DNA of 63,099 nucleotides, filler included. It is 8 parts of 8 records of this genome, joined end to end, with 100 filler letters (N's around TTAATTAATTAA, not from the genome) between each part and the next. Parts side by side here need not be neighbours in the genome. Positions count along the whole stretch, not along the records: positions 49,236 to 57,641 come from SRR31156797_19944; positions 57,742 to 63,099 come from SRR31156797_20016; 6 more parts are not named here. One strand, 5' to 3'. Each line of letters starts with the position of its first letter. The first letter of the stretch is position 1. Below the pieces are notes generated by a model. It made no database searches, was not told the origin of the DNA, and saw only the letters and a program-made list of their open reading frames with translations. The position numbers and the translations under genes are program-made. Below, in pieces: positions 49,236 to 60,448 of the stretch.

Positions 49236-51310
49236 AAACCGAACTCAGAAGGTCTTGCAATAACAGGGTCTTCACTGTATCCAGTACAGACAAAAGCAAT
49301 GACGTTACTGTCTATTTCTCGAATCTTTTTAATTGCTTCAATTCCTCCCATCCCATCCTGGATCGTAAGGTCAAAGAGAATAATATCAAATGGAGTTTCT
49401 GATTTGTGTGCTTCAAAGAACTCATTTACTGCTTCTTGACCGTTAGATACTGCGGTAGTTTGAAAACCAAGTTGCTGCACTATCTTTTCTGTCACTTTTT
49501 TTACAATTGGATCGTCATCCATAATTAGAAAGTTTCCGTTTCCTATCAATAATGATGTGTCGCTTTTATTATTAGATTTCTGGCAAACTCTGTTTGAAGC
49601 AGGAAGAAGTATTGTGAATATTGAACCTTTTTCCAACTGTGTATCAACACTAATTACACCATTATGTTTTTTAATAATTGAATAACACATTGCAAGTCCA
49701 AGTCCCTGACCGTTCTTTTTCGTAGTGAAAAAAGGATCAAAAATATTGGCAACATGCTTTTGTGAAATTCCAGGACCGTTATCACCAATAGAAATCTTTA
49801 TATAATTTCCAGGTTCAAGAGAGACGGGATCCTTTTGATTTATAACTTTATTTTCAGCTGTGACTATAATTCTTCCACCTTTAGGCATTGCTTGAACCGC
49901 ATTCAAAATTATATTGTCAATAACTTGAGAGATCTGATTTTTATCGTACTCGATCATGTTCAGATCATCGGATATGGAAAACGAGCTGGAAATATTTGAA
50001 CCACTTAAAGAAAATTTTACGAAGTCAGTGAGAAAAACATCGATACTTTGAAGTTTCTTTACAGGAACTCCACCTTTGGCAAATGTAAGTAGCTGGTGCG
50101 AAAGTGACCTGGCTCTGTCTATAGTTTCGCCTGCTTCAGAAAGCATTCTTTTAACATTTTCTTTATCTGATTCCTCCTTAGCAAACCCGATCATTCCGTA
50201 AATGCCGGTCAGCAGATTGTTGAAATCATGAGCAATTCCACCAGCTAAAGTTCCCAAAGATTGCAGTTTCTGAGATTTTTGTGCAGTATCAATGAGTTTC
50301 TGTTTTTCTGTCATATCCCTAAATACAAGAACAACACCAATTGTTTTTCCGATAGAATTTCTTATAGGAGAACCGCTGTCGGCAATTATCCTTTCATTTC
50401 CGTTTCTAGATATTAGAACTGTGTAGTTAGAAAATTCATGAATTTTCCCGGATTGAAGAACTTTTTCAACTGGATCTTTACATCTTTCTCCAGTTGTTTT
50501 ATTAACGATCCTGAACACAGCGGAAAGAGGCTGGTTGAAAGCTTCAGTTTGAGACCATCCTGTTAGCTTCTGGGCTATTTTATTGATTATGATGACATTC
50601 CCGTCAGTGTCAGTTGTAATAACTCCATCACCGATACTTTGAAGTGTAACCTGTAGCCTTTCTTTTTCAGACAATATTACTTCTTCTGCATTCTTAAGTT
50701 TCTGTATTTCTGTTCTTGCTTTTTTTAGAAGAGAGTTCTTAATGCTTAAGATATGGTATGATGTTACTGATATCAGTAGGATAGATATTGTTGAGTCAAC
50801 GAAGAAATCGGTAATTTCTTCAGTGAATTCGGAATGAAAAAGCCATGTGTAAAGAAAGAGAAGAAGAAGGTTTGTACAAGAGTATCGACAGATAGTTTTC
50901 CATTTGTCAAAAAAAAGTGGAAGCGTAGCTATTATTGCCAATAGGTATGTAACCGTATCAAGACGAATTACAAGACTTGATTTGTCTAGGCACATTACAA
51001 ACCAGAAAATCGAAAACCCTGAGATAAATATTAGATGGGAGGCTAACCTGAAATAACCTTTGGATAAAATGTAAAGACAGATTGTAAAAAAGAAGGCCAT
51101 CAGGAATTCAGAGATAATAATAATTGAGTTTGAGAATACATTCTTAGAGAAGTGATCAAAAATAAAAATGGTATAGATAATTACCGGAATCATTAGAAAA
51201 ATCATTGAAACACAGAGATAATATGCAAAGCGCACTTTCAGGTTTGTTTCATAATCAAAATGGGAATACTTATCAATAACATTTTTTAATTTAAAATCTT
51301 TTAAACTCAT
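49236..51310 (-). CDS. Membrane PAS-domain hybrid histidine kinase with receiver, 3' truncated
   Basis: N-terminal TMs, PAS SIGDGVITTD..VFRD, GIAHDFNNLL, NAVQAM, FDPFFTTK, GLGL and receiver IMDDD..DLT. Confidence 0.92.
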
Positions 51311-51455
51311 TTCTCTACCAATTGGATTACACAAGGTGAAAATAGCTGGATTAAGAAAAAAATCAAGCGTATTTATAATAATATTAATATTTTTGCCTTA
51401 TGAATGATTTTTATTAACATAAACAGGAAATTTACTGTTTTTTAAGGAGAATAAA

Positions 51456-52571
51456 ATGAAAGATCCTCGTGTTAAAAGGCTTGCAGAATTGTTGATAAAC
51501 TACTCAACAAAGGTGAAAAAAGACGAAAAAGTTATGATAAGTTCTCTTGATTCAGCGGCTGATCCGCTTGTAGAAGATCTTCTTGATCTGGTTGCCCAGA
51601 AAGAAGCTCATCCTTTTGTTTCTCTTATGTCTCAGACTGTGCTTAGAAAACTCTATACTCATGCAACTGATACCACGCTTGAGTTCATGAAAAAACAGGA
51701 GCTGGAAAGAGCAAAACACATGGATGTTTATATCGGCATAAGAGCGCTGGAAAATAAGTTTGAAATGAATGATATTCCTCAAGCTCAGATGATGAAGGTC
51801 ATGAAGGATTACCGTATGGAAGTTAGCAATGAGATAATGTCTAAGAAATGGGTTACACTTATGTTTCCGACACCTGCATTCGCTCAGTCTTCAGGAATGT
51901 CAATGGAAGCTTTTGAAGAGTTCTTTTTTAATGTGACAACTCTTGATTATGCTAAAATGGACAAAGCGATGGACCCAATGAAAGAGCTTATGGAGCGTAC
52001 TGATAAAGTTCATATTAAAGGTCCGGGAAAGACAGATCTTAAGTTCTCAATAAAGAACCTTCCTGCAATAAAATGTGCTGGAGAATACAACATTCCTGAT
52101 GGTGAGATATTTACAGCTCCTGTTAAAGGTTCAGTAAATGGCGTGATCGAATATAACACTCCTACTACTTATCTTGGAACAAAGTTCGATAAAGTAATTC
52201 TGACTTTTAAAGATGGAAAGATAGTTGATGTTCAGGGAAGTAATCCTGAAAAGCTTGAAGAGATCTTTAATTCAGATGAAGGTGCCAGATATGTTGGCGA
52301 ATTCGCTTTCGGTGTTAATCCATATATTAAGGATCCAATGGTTAACATTCTTTTTGACGAAAAGATCAGCGGATCAATTCACTTTACTCCGGGAAGAGCT
52401 TATGAAGAATGTGACAACGGCAACAAGTCATCTATTCACTGGGATCTCGTAATGATACAGACCCCGCAGTACGGTGGTGGCGAAATATTCTTTGATGATG
52501 TTCTTATCAGAAAAGACGGAAGATTCGTACTTCCACAGCTTGAAGGTCTCAATCCGGAAAACCTTAAATAA
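51456..52571 (+). CDS. M29 family (AmpS/AmpT thermophilic metalloprotease-like) aminopeptidase
   Basis: DPRVKRLAELLINYS, NIPDGEIFTAP, GEFAFG, LFDEKI.GSIHF and NKSSIHWD. Confidence 0.92.
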   Translation: MKDPRVKRLAELLINYSTKVKKDEKVMISSLDSAADPLVEDLLDLVAQKEAHPFVSLMSQTVLRKLYTHATDTTLEFMKKQELERAKHMDVYIGIRALENKFEMNDIPQAQMMKVMKDYRMEVSNEIMSKKWVTLMFPTPAFAQSSGMSMEAFEEFFFNVTTLDYAKMDKAMDPMKELMERTDKVHIKGPGKTDLKFSIKNLPAIKCAGEYNIPDGEIFTAPVKGSVNGVIEYNTPTTYLGTKFDKVILTFKDGKIVDVQGSNPEKLEEIFNSDEGARYVGEFAFGVNPYIKDPMVNILFDEKISGSIHFTPGRAYEECDNGNKSSIHWDLVMIQTPQYGGGEIFFDDVLIRKDGRFVLPQLEGLNPENLK

Positions 52572-52746
52572 TATTGAATCTTTCCTTGCTTAAGTTCAAA
52601 AAATAACAGATACTTCTATCTGCGGTGTTACTCAGTAAATTCAATTGCTTACAAGGACCGCGCATTCTAGTTTGAATATTGTCTTTTTCTTAAAGATTTC
52701 GTGATGTTGTTGTAGTCGATTTTGAGATTTTTTTCAGGAGAAAAGT

Positions 52747-54030
52747 ATGAAGTTTAGCGTTTTTGAGAAAGAGAGTCTTGTGCGTTCAAACGAAGCTGAT
52801 CTAGGCAGGTTCAGTTCATTTCTTAGTTGGGCGGATCAAAATGAGAATGATGAAACTGCAAAGCTTAGAGACCGTATTCTTGATGAAATTGAGAACCTTG
52901 GAGGAGCATTTGATTTTCTGGGCTCAAAAACAGATACAAATTACTTGTCACCCGGATGCAGAATATGTGGTGAAGGAGCCTGGTCTTGTCTTTTTATTAA
53001 TGGAATGTGCAATGCAAAGTGTTTTTACTGTCCCAGTAGACAGGATGAGATTCTTGATCCAATAACAAACTCATTTGTTTTTAATTCTCCTGAGAACTAT
53101 GCTGACTATGTTGATTCTTTTGGCTTTAAAGGTGTTAGTTTTAGCGGTGGGGAACCTTTTCTTACTTTTGAACTTATGCTTGATTATTTAAAAGCTATCA
53201 GGAAAAAGTGTGATAGCAGTGTTTATGTCTGGGCATATACAAATGGTGCCATGGTTAATGAGAAAATGCTGAAGAAATTAAAAGCTGAAGGTTTAAATGA
53301 GCTGAGATTTGATATTGGTGCTTTTGACTATTCTTTAAAAAAGGCAGAGCTTGCCGCAAAGATCATTGATACGGTAACAGTTGAGATCCCGATGGTTCCG
53401 GATAAATACGAGTTGGTTAAAAGTCTTTTGAAACCTATGAAGGATATTGGTGTAAAGCACCTTAATCTTCATCAGTTAAGAACAAATTCCTATAATCTTT
53501 CAAATATGGTCGAGCGGGACTATAAATTTCTACATGGACGAAAAGTTACTGTTTTCCAAAGTGAGCTATCAGCTCTAAAGATTCTTCTTCACTCATTGAA
53601 AACAGATAGCGTTCCAGTTAATTACTGCTCATTCGTTTTTAAAGAAAGTTTTCAATCCAGCGCCACAAGAAAAAGGTATGCGGATATCTGTGTAGAACCA
53701 AATGAACATATTACTCAAAATGGGTATATTCGTCGGGTGGAGGAAAGTTCACCACAAGATATGAAAGTAACATATTATAATCCTATAACTCGAAGTGATG
53801 AGCTTAATATCGAGAAAAAGAAGATGATGAGCTACCAGGTTAAGCAAGTTGACTTCAATTTGATCTTTGATCTTATCGGTAGAAACTTAAATGTTGAAAG
53901 ATCAAGGTCAGGACGAGTAATAGAGATGGTGCCAGATTTTGATAAAAACATAAAAAGTTTATCAGCCAGACAGTTTTACGAAATATTTAACTTTGAGGTT
54001 CTTAGAGGAGGATTTGCCGATTACTTTTAA
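52747..54030 (+). CDS. Radical SAM protein (COG2108-like)
   Basis: LSPGCRIC, CNAKCFYC (CxxxCxxC), SGGEP, YTNG, ELRFD and VNYCS. Confidence 0.85.
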   Translation: MKFSVFEKESLVRSNEADLGRFSSFLSWADQNENDETAKLRDRILDEIENLGGAFDFLGSKTDTNYLSPGCRICGEGAWSCLFINGMCNAKCFYCPSRQDEILDPITNSFVFNSPENYADYVDSFGFKGVSFSGGEPFLTFELMLDYLKAIRKKCDSSVYVWAYTNGAMVNEKMLKKLKAEGLNELRFDIGAFDYSLKKAELAAKIIDTVTVEIPMVPDKYELVKSLLKPMKDIGVKHLNLHQLRTNSYNLSNMVERDYKFLHGRKVTVFQSELSALKILLHSLKTDSVPVNYCSFVFKESFQSSATRKRYADICVEPNEHITQNGYIRRVEESSPQDMKVTYYNPITRSDELNIEKKKMMSYQVKQVDFNLIFDLIGRNLNVERSRSGRVIEMVPDFDKNIKSLSARQFYEIFNFEVLRGGFADYF

Positions 54031-54036
54031 GTCTTG

Positions 54037-55866
54037 TTAGATCTTATTTCGTCTTTGAGTTTTTCTTTTTACAGCTGGTAGATCAACTTTTCTTAATCTA
54101 AGTGACTTTGGAGTTACTTCAACAAGCTCATCATCATTTATAAAGTGGATGGCCTTTTCAAGAGTCATTGGTTTAACAGGAGTCAGCTGAACGGTGTCGT
54201 CCTTGCCTGATGCTCTCATATTTGTAAGTTTTTTCATTTTGCAAGGGTTAACATCAATATCAAGGTCCTTTGCATGTTCTCCAACGATCATTCCCTCATA
54301 AACAGGAGATCCCGGCACTACGAACATATGCCCTCTGGGTTCAAGATTGAAAAGTGCATAGGCTACTGCTTCTCCCTGTCTATCTGAAACTATTGAGCCG
54401 GTAAATCTTACAGGAAAAGTTCCTCTGAACTCTTCATAACCATCAAAGATAGAGTTCATTATACCGGTTCCCTTTGTGTCGGTAAGAAAATGGTCTCTAT
54501 AACCGATAAGTCCACGTGAAGGAATAGAAAATTCCATATAAGCTCTATCTGAGGAGCTATTAACAAGGTTGAGCATTCTTCCTTTTCTTATAGAAAGTTT
54601 TTCAGTAATAACACCAGTGAACATCTGGTTACATTCAATATATACGTGTTCAATAGGTTCGTGTGTTTTTCCATCAACTTCTTTAAGGATAACACGAGGT
54701 CTTCCAACACACATTTCATATCCTTCACGTCTCATCTGCTCAATAAGGATCGCCATCTGAAGCTCTCCACGTCCTTTAACTATAACGCAGTCATTTTCCG
54801 GTGGCTCTTCAATTCTGATAGATACGTTAAGAAGTGTTTCCTTGTGAAGTCTTTCCTTGATCTTTCTAAGCTGAACGTGTTTGCCGTCTCTTCCAACAAA
54901 CGGTCCGTTATTTATATTAAAGACCATGCTGACAGTCGGTTCATCAACTGTAATTCTCGGAAGTGCCTCAGGAGCTTCAATTGTTGCAACAGTATCGCCA
55001 ATATGAACATCCTCAATGCCTGAAAGAACAATAAGGTCTCCGGAGTAAACTCTTTCTGCTGCCTGAAGCTTCAGCCCATCATAAACCTGAAGTTTTGAAA
55101 CTTTCAGTCTTTGCTGCAGTCCGTCTTTTTTTATACATACAAGATTGTCATTAAATGAAGCTTCGCCATTAACAACTTTTCCTATTGCTAGTCTTCCAAG
55201 ATAGTCGTTATAACTGAGGTCAGTAACAAGCATCTGAAAAGGTTTTTTCTCGTCAAATCTCGGACCGGTAGTTTCATTAATTATTGTATCCATGAGAATA
55301 TGCAGGTTTTCGCCTTTTTCTTCCAGAGTCGTCTGAGCAATTCCATCTCTACCGATAGCATAGAGAACAGGGAATTCAAGCTGGTCTTCATCTGCTCCAA
55401 GATCAATAAAAAGACTGTATATTTCATCAAGAACTTCATCAGGTCTTGCATCGTGGCGATCGATCTTATTTATCACTACCATGAGCTGAAGTTTTGCTTC
55501 GAGTGCTTTTTTAAGAACAAAACGGGTCTGAGGAAGAGGGCCTTCAGATGCATCCACAAGAAGAATGGCAGAATCCGCCATAAATAGAGCTCTTTCAACT
55601 TCACCGCCAAAATCCGCATGGCCTGGAGTATCGATAATATTTATTTTTACATCTTTCCAAGTAACAGAACAATTCTTTGCTGCAATTGTGATGCCTCTTT
55701 CTCTTTCAAGGTCCATACTGTCCATGATCCTTTCATCAACAACCTGTCCCTGTCTGAAAATTCCACTCTGTTTAAACATGGCGTCAACAAGTGTTGTTTT
55801 ACCGTGATCAACATGTGCAATAATGGCTACGTTTCTGATCTTTTCGTTTATTGTTCTGTGTGGCAT
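54037..55866 (-). CDS. typA: Translational GTPase TypA/BipA
   Basis: AIIAHVDHGKTTLVD, ERGITIAAK, DTPGHADFGGEVER, GRGELQ and KKLTNMRASG. Confidence 0.97.
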   Translation of the reverse strand: MPHRTINEKIRNVAIIAHVDHGKTTLVDAMFKQSGIFRQGQVVDERIMDSMDLERERGITIAAKNCSVTWKDVKINIIDTPGHADFGGEVERALFMADSAILLVDASEGPLPQTRFVLKKALEAKLQLMVVINKIDRHDARPDEVLDEIYSLFIDLGADEDQLEFPVLYAIGRDGIAQTTLEEKGENLHILMDTIINETTGPRFDEKKPFQMLVTDLSYNDYLGRLAIGKVVNGEASFNDNLVCIKKDGLQQRLKVSKLQVYDGLKLQAAERVYSGDLIVLSGIEDVHIGDTVATIEAPEALPRITVDEPTVSMVFNINNGPFVGRDGKHVQLRKIKERLHKETLLNVSIRIEEPPENDCVIVKGRGELQMAILIEQMRREGYEMCVGRPRVILKEVDGKTHEPIEHVYIECNQMFTGVITEKLSIRKGRMLNLVNSSSDRAYMEFSIPSRGLIGYRDHFLTDTKGTGIMNSIFDGYEEFRGTFPVRFTGSIVSDRQGEAVAYALFNLEPRGHMFVVPGSPVYEGMIVGEHAKDLDIDVNPCKMKKLTNMRASGKDDTVQLTPVKPMTLEKAIHFINDDELVEVTPKSLRLRKVDLPAVKRKTQRRNKI

Positions 55867-55956
55867 GAGTAAATCCTGATAAGATATTAAAAAACCGTCG
55901 AAACTATAGTGAGTGTGTTATGAAAAGCAAGGAGTTTTATTGAAAGAAACTTCAGT

Positions 55957-57641
55957 TTACTGTTCAAACTTCACGACTGTGACCGAATCTCCACCTTCTT
56001 CCGCTGTTCCGGCCCCTGAAGTATAGCGATATCGGCCCTGATATTTCTCAAGGAAGCTCCTCACGAAATTTCTGAGCTTTCCCGAGCCTATTCCGTGTAC
56101 AATGGTCAAAGACACCGCGCCACCGCCATAAGCATTATCAAGTGCTTTTTCTATTGTCTCAGCGGCATCTTCAGTGAACTGGCCTCTGACATCACATTTT
56201 TCTAGGAATTTAGTTTCCATCTGTGATTTTTGAGAGACTGCTTTTTTCTTTTGCTTTATCTTTGTAACAATAAGTCTATCTATAGGAGCAACAAGTCTTT
56301 TTCCTTTACAGGTATATTCGACATTTTTGCCCTTTACACTTTGAAAAAGTCCTTCAAGTTTAAGCAGTTTATCATAGACAACGGATTTTCCCGGGATCAC
56401 TTTTTCAATAGCATCCGCAAGTTTTTCGCCTTTAGTGTCATCAAGCTGCACTTTCTGTCTATTTATAGCATCCTTTACAGTTTCTTTTTCTTTTTTGATC
56501 AGTGCAATATTTTTTGTGGCTTTAGAAGCATCAAGTTTTTTGATCTTTTTCTTCATCTCAGCTTCTTCAATATCCATAAGCTTTTTTAATGACTGAAGAC
56601 GCTCTTTTTCAAAAGTCTTTTCTTTTGTTTCAAGACTCTTTTTGAGCTTTTCTATCTCATTCTGTTCATTTTTGATGGCCTCTTTTGATTCCATTATCTC
56701 TTTTCTTAACCCATCAAGCTCGTCCTCTTTTTTTCTAAGTCTATTGATAAGAGGCTCAATATTTTCCTCTTTAGAAAGAAGAAGCTTCTCCAGTTTTTTG
56801 ATAAATTCTCTTGGAAATCCGATCTCTTTAACAAGTGCCATCGCATTTGAACTGCCGACAAGATTATACATGAATCTATATGTCGGCTTGCTAGTTTTAG
56901 TGTCAAAACCCATAGCGACCGGAATAAAATGCTTATCTTCAAGTGCAATTGTTTTAACTTCAGCAAGATGACTTGTAACTACTGCGTAACATTTTTTCTC
57001 AGCAAGAAATTCAAGATAGGCTCTAGATATTGCTCCACCTTGGAGAGGATCTGTGCCTGTTCCGATCTCATCAATGAGCACAAGGCTTGATCTATCCGCT
57101 TTTTTTGCAGTGTCATTTAGTAGTTTCAAGTGAGAGGAGAAACTTGATTCTCCCGCAGCTGCGCTTTGATTATCACCAAGCACCATAAAAATATCTTTGA
57201 AGTAGGGGAGTTCAGCACTTTGAGCAGGAACTGGAAATCCGCGTATCGCAAGATATGCACAAGTTGCAACTGTTTTTAGAGAAACTGTTTTTCCTCCAGC
57301 ATTTGGTCCACTCACAACCATTATTTTTTCATAAGTATCAAAATGGAAGTCATTTTTTACGGTCTTTTCTTTTTCGCTAATAAATACAGGTGGATACCAT
57401 GCTTTTTTAAGGTCCATTCTGCTGTCAGAGAATTCAGGAATAGAACATTTAAACTTTTTCATCCATTTATATTTTGTATATAGAATTTCAAGGTTAAGGG
57501 CTCTTGAAATACACTTTCTTACATAATCATATTCTCTGTGAAGCAGTCCGCGAAGCTCCTTTAATACTTTTATTATTTCCTCAAGTTCACGCCCGGCAAG
57601 AAGTGAAAGAGAATTGTTAAGTTCAATGAGAGGTAAAGGCT
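55957..57641 (-). CDS. mutS2: Endonuclease MutS2 with Smr domain, 5' truncated
   Basis: Frame is open to the contig edge (PLPLIELNN). SGPNAGGKT, SSFSSH, IDEIGTGTDP, coiled coil and Smr DVRG..VHGIGSGKLR..GGDSVT. Confidence 0.92.
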
Positions 57642-57741
57642 NNNNNNNNNNNNNNNNNNNNNNNNNNNNNNNNNNNNNNNNNNNNTTAATTAATTAANNN
57701 NNNNNNNNNNNNNNNNNNNNNNNNNNNNNNNNNNNNNNNNN
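57642..57741. other. Artificial contig linker
   Basis: N44-TTAATTAATTAA-N44. Confidence 0.99.
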
Positions 57742-58148
57742 CCGATAACCGCGTCCTTCCATAAATCGATAGACTGCAGAGCGAGCTTAAGAAATTCCGG
57801 ATTAGTATCGTCAGCTTCCACCAATGTATTTACAATAGGACATCCTCCAATGGCGGCCATTGAATCATATATCTTTTTGTAAAATCTTGGATAGACCATC
57901 AATTTATTGATGGCTCCGTTGGCTGCCTCCATTTCCCTGATTATGACGCCAACGGCCGAATCAAGATTCTTGCGGAAGGCGCAGAGAGCCAGCTCTTCCT
58001 TGTTTTTAAAATTGCCGTAGATACTGCCCTTGGTCAAGCCCGCGGCCTTGGTGATATCGGAGAGAGAGGCGCCCGCATAGCCCTTTTTGTTGAAAACTGG
58101 GGCTGATTTTTCAATGATGAATTCCCTGGTTCTTTCGGCCTTGCTCAC
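57742..58148 (-). CDS. TetR/AcrR family regulator (LmrA/YxaF-like), 3' truncated
   Basis: KGYAGASLSDITKAAGLTKGSIYGNFKNKEEL and GGCPI. AGGAG RBS favours GTG 58148. Confidence 0.9.
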
Positions 58149-58170
58149 CACGATCTCCTGTTTCAATTAA

Positions 58171-58198
58171 AATATACCGTTCGGTATTTTTATGTCAA
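58171..58198 (-). promoter_or_regulatory. tetR promoter with operator ATACCG-TT-CGGTAT
   Basis: Minus-strand TTGACA (58198-58193), 16 bp, TATATT. Palindrome at 58174-58187. Confidence 0.75.
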
Positions 58199-58419
58199 GA
58201 AGATTTACGCGCAAGTACCTGAGCTACATCTACAGTATAGCTTACATATTGAATGAACAAAGCTTTTAGGATGTCACCCGCCACCGAGTCAATCTTTGTT
58301 CTTTGGGAGAAAAAAACAGCCTGCATCTTTTGAAATACGGACGCCCGGTAATTTCAAAAAGTTTAATGCGGGCGTCCGTTTTCACCAGGCGCTCTGTCGG
58401 CGTCAGGTTCTTTTTATTA

Positions 58420-60099
58420 CTACTTGTAATCCTCCACACCGGGCCCGAAACGACCAGAGACAGGATTGTATGTCGCAAATCCGCCGTTCAAATTAACGGC
58501 GTTGAATCCTTTTTGAACCATCATCCGGTATGCGTAATAAGCCCGCTGTCCGGCCGCGCAGTAAAACAGATAACGCTTGGACCGATCGAGATCTTGCATC
58601 CAACTTCTTAATTCATTCATTTGAACGTTAATTGAGCCGTGAAGCCGGCCGTGAAGCCTCAATTCAGGCTTGGTTCGCACGTCGACAATCACGTCGCGGG
58701 CTGGGTCATATCCTTCCCAATCATGATGGTATGCATTTTCAACATCACCTTTGAGTGTGTTTACAGCCACGTATCCGGCCAAATTGACAGGATCTTTGGC
58801 GGCGCCGTAAGGCGGAGCGTAAGCGAGTTCAAGTTCCTCAAGATCGAATACCGTCATTCCAGCCCTGATGGCCGTGGCCAGCACATCAATCCTCTTGTCC
58901 GTCCCTTGACCGCCAAAAACCTGCGCCCCCAATATTTTACCGCTGCCGGGAGCGAATATTACTTTTATTGATATTGGATCGGCGCCCGGGTAGTAAGTGA
59001 CGTGAGATTCGGCGTGAATGAAGCTGATCAGGTAATCCAGGCCGGAATCCTCAAGCTGTTTTTCGCTGGCGCCTGCGGCTGCGGCGGTCATATCAAAAAC
59101 CTTGACTGCGCTCGTGCCTAATGTTCCACGATAAAGCGACAACCTGCCCATGGCGTTGTCGGCTGCAATGCGTGCCTGGCGATTGGCCGGTCCGGCCAGG
59201 GGAACCGGGCGACGAACGCCTGTAATGAAATCTCTGACAACTATTGCGTCGCCCACGGCGAAGATATCGGAATCCGAAGTTCTGAGGGCGTCGTCCACCA
59301 TTATGTAACCCTTGTCGTCCACAGCCAGGCCGGCCTCCCGGGCCAGTTTGCTCTCCGGACGAACCCCCATGGCCAGCATAATCATGTCGCACATTATTTC
59401 CCGGCCCTGGTCAGTGTTCGCTTTCAAACGTCCATCCACCTGCTCAATCGAGGCCAATCCTTGCCCAAGCCTCAGGTCAAGCCCTTTGTTTTTCAAATGG
59501 TCCTCCACCAACGCTGCCATTTCATAATCCAGGGCGGTCATTACCTGGTCCATCTTTTCCAATAGAACAACCTTTAAACCCAGGTGCGAAAGGTTCTCGG
59601 CCATTTCCAAACCAATAAACCCGCCGCCGACTACAACCGCCTCTTTGGGAGCTCTTTCATCCAAATGGAGTTTTACCAGGTCGGTGTCAGGCACGTTTCG
59701 CAGTGTATAAACGCCTTCCAGGTCAATACCCGGAATATCGGGCCGGATAGGGGCGGCGCCGGGCGCCATAATCAGTTTGTTATAGGATTCCTTTTTAGTC
59801 AGGCCGGTTTCCAGTTCGTGGATAGTCACAGTTTTATCTGCAGGATCAATAGCTGTAACTTCAGTCATTACCCGGACTTCAATGTTTCTATTCTCATCAA
59901 AGGCTTCCGGGCTGCCAAGCAGCAGCGATTCCCGGTTTTTAATAATGCCGCCGAGATAGTACGGAAGTCCGCAATTGGCGAAAGAAACGTAAGGGCCTCG
60001 TTCGAATACGATGATTTCAGCATGCTCGTCCAGGCGGCGCAAGCGGGTCGCTGCCGTGGCGCCGCCGGCTACTCCGCCTATAATTAATATTCTGGCCAT
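58420..60099 (-). CDS. cdr: CoA-disulfide reductase-rhodanese fusion (Cdr/Npsr-like)
   Basis: GGVAGG, SFANCGLPY, GGGFIGLE, DKRID, LAYAPPY and rhodanese DVRT..YCAAGQR. Confidence 0.9.
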   Translation of the reverse strand: MARILIIGGVAGGATAATRLRRLDEHAEIIVFERGPYVSFANCGLPYYLGGIIKNRESLLLGSPEAFDENRNIEVRVMTEVTAIDPADKTVTIHELETGLTKKESYNKLIMAPGAAPIRPDIPGIDLEGVYTLRNVPDTDLVKLHLDERAPKEAVVVGGGFIGLEMAENLSHLGLKVVLLEKMDQVMTALDYEMAALVEDHLKNKGLDLRLGQGLASIEQVDGRLKANTDQGREIMCDMIMLAMGVRPESKLAREAGLAVDDKGYIMVDDALRTSDSDIFAVGDAIVVRDFITGVRRPVPLAGPANRQARIAADNAMGRLSLYRGTLGTSAVKVFDMTAAAAGASEKQLEDSGLDYLISFIHAESHVTYYPGADPISIKVIFAPGSGKILGAQVFGGQGTDKRIDVLATAIRAGMTVFDLEELELAYAPPYGAAKDPVNLAGYVAVNTLKGDVENAYHHDWEGYDPARDVIVDVRTKPELRLHGRLHGSINVQMNELRSWMQDLDRSKRYLFYCAAGQRAYYAYRMMVQKGFNAVNLNGGFATYNPVSGRFGPGVEDYK

Positions 60100-60405
60100 A
60101 AAATTACTGCTCCTTTAAATATTTAAATTATGCGGCCGACGCCGCTTTTTATCGTCCAGGGAATTCCAGCCCGCTCTTCGTCAACTTGGCGTGCATAGAT
60201 TCGTGCGGGAGGGTATATACATAACCGGCGTGAGAGGATTCACGCCGATTTCTCTGAAATTATTTCGTTTTCTCTATTTGTGAACATAGTAACCATTGGG
60301 GTTCACCCGGTCAAGCCAAAATCATTCTATAAGCCTTACCCCGGCGTTGCTTGAGAAATGAAGCCGCCGGGAAAAACTCGCCCGTAAGCCGTCCGATTTT
60401 TGATC

Positions 60406-60448
60406 TTGACATATTAGAATGCATATTCTAATATACTGATTCTAATAT
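60406..60448 (+). promoter_or_regulatory. tetR promoter/operator
   Basis: TTGACA (60406), 17 bp, TAATAT. Inverted repeat ATATTAGAAT-GCAT-ATTCTAATAT (60411-60434) plus a third half-site at 60439-60448. Confidence 0.8.

Noticed and set aside
60226-60247. Hairpin CGGCGTGA-N6-TCACGCCG upstream of cdr as a riboswitch
   Set aside because: A single 8-bp stem with no recognisable aptamer consensus. It could be an operator or chance.
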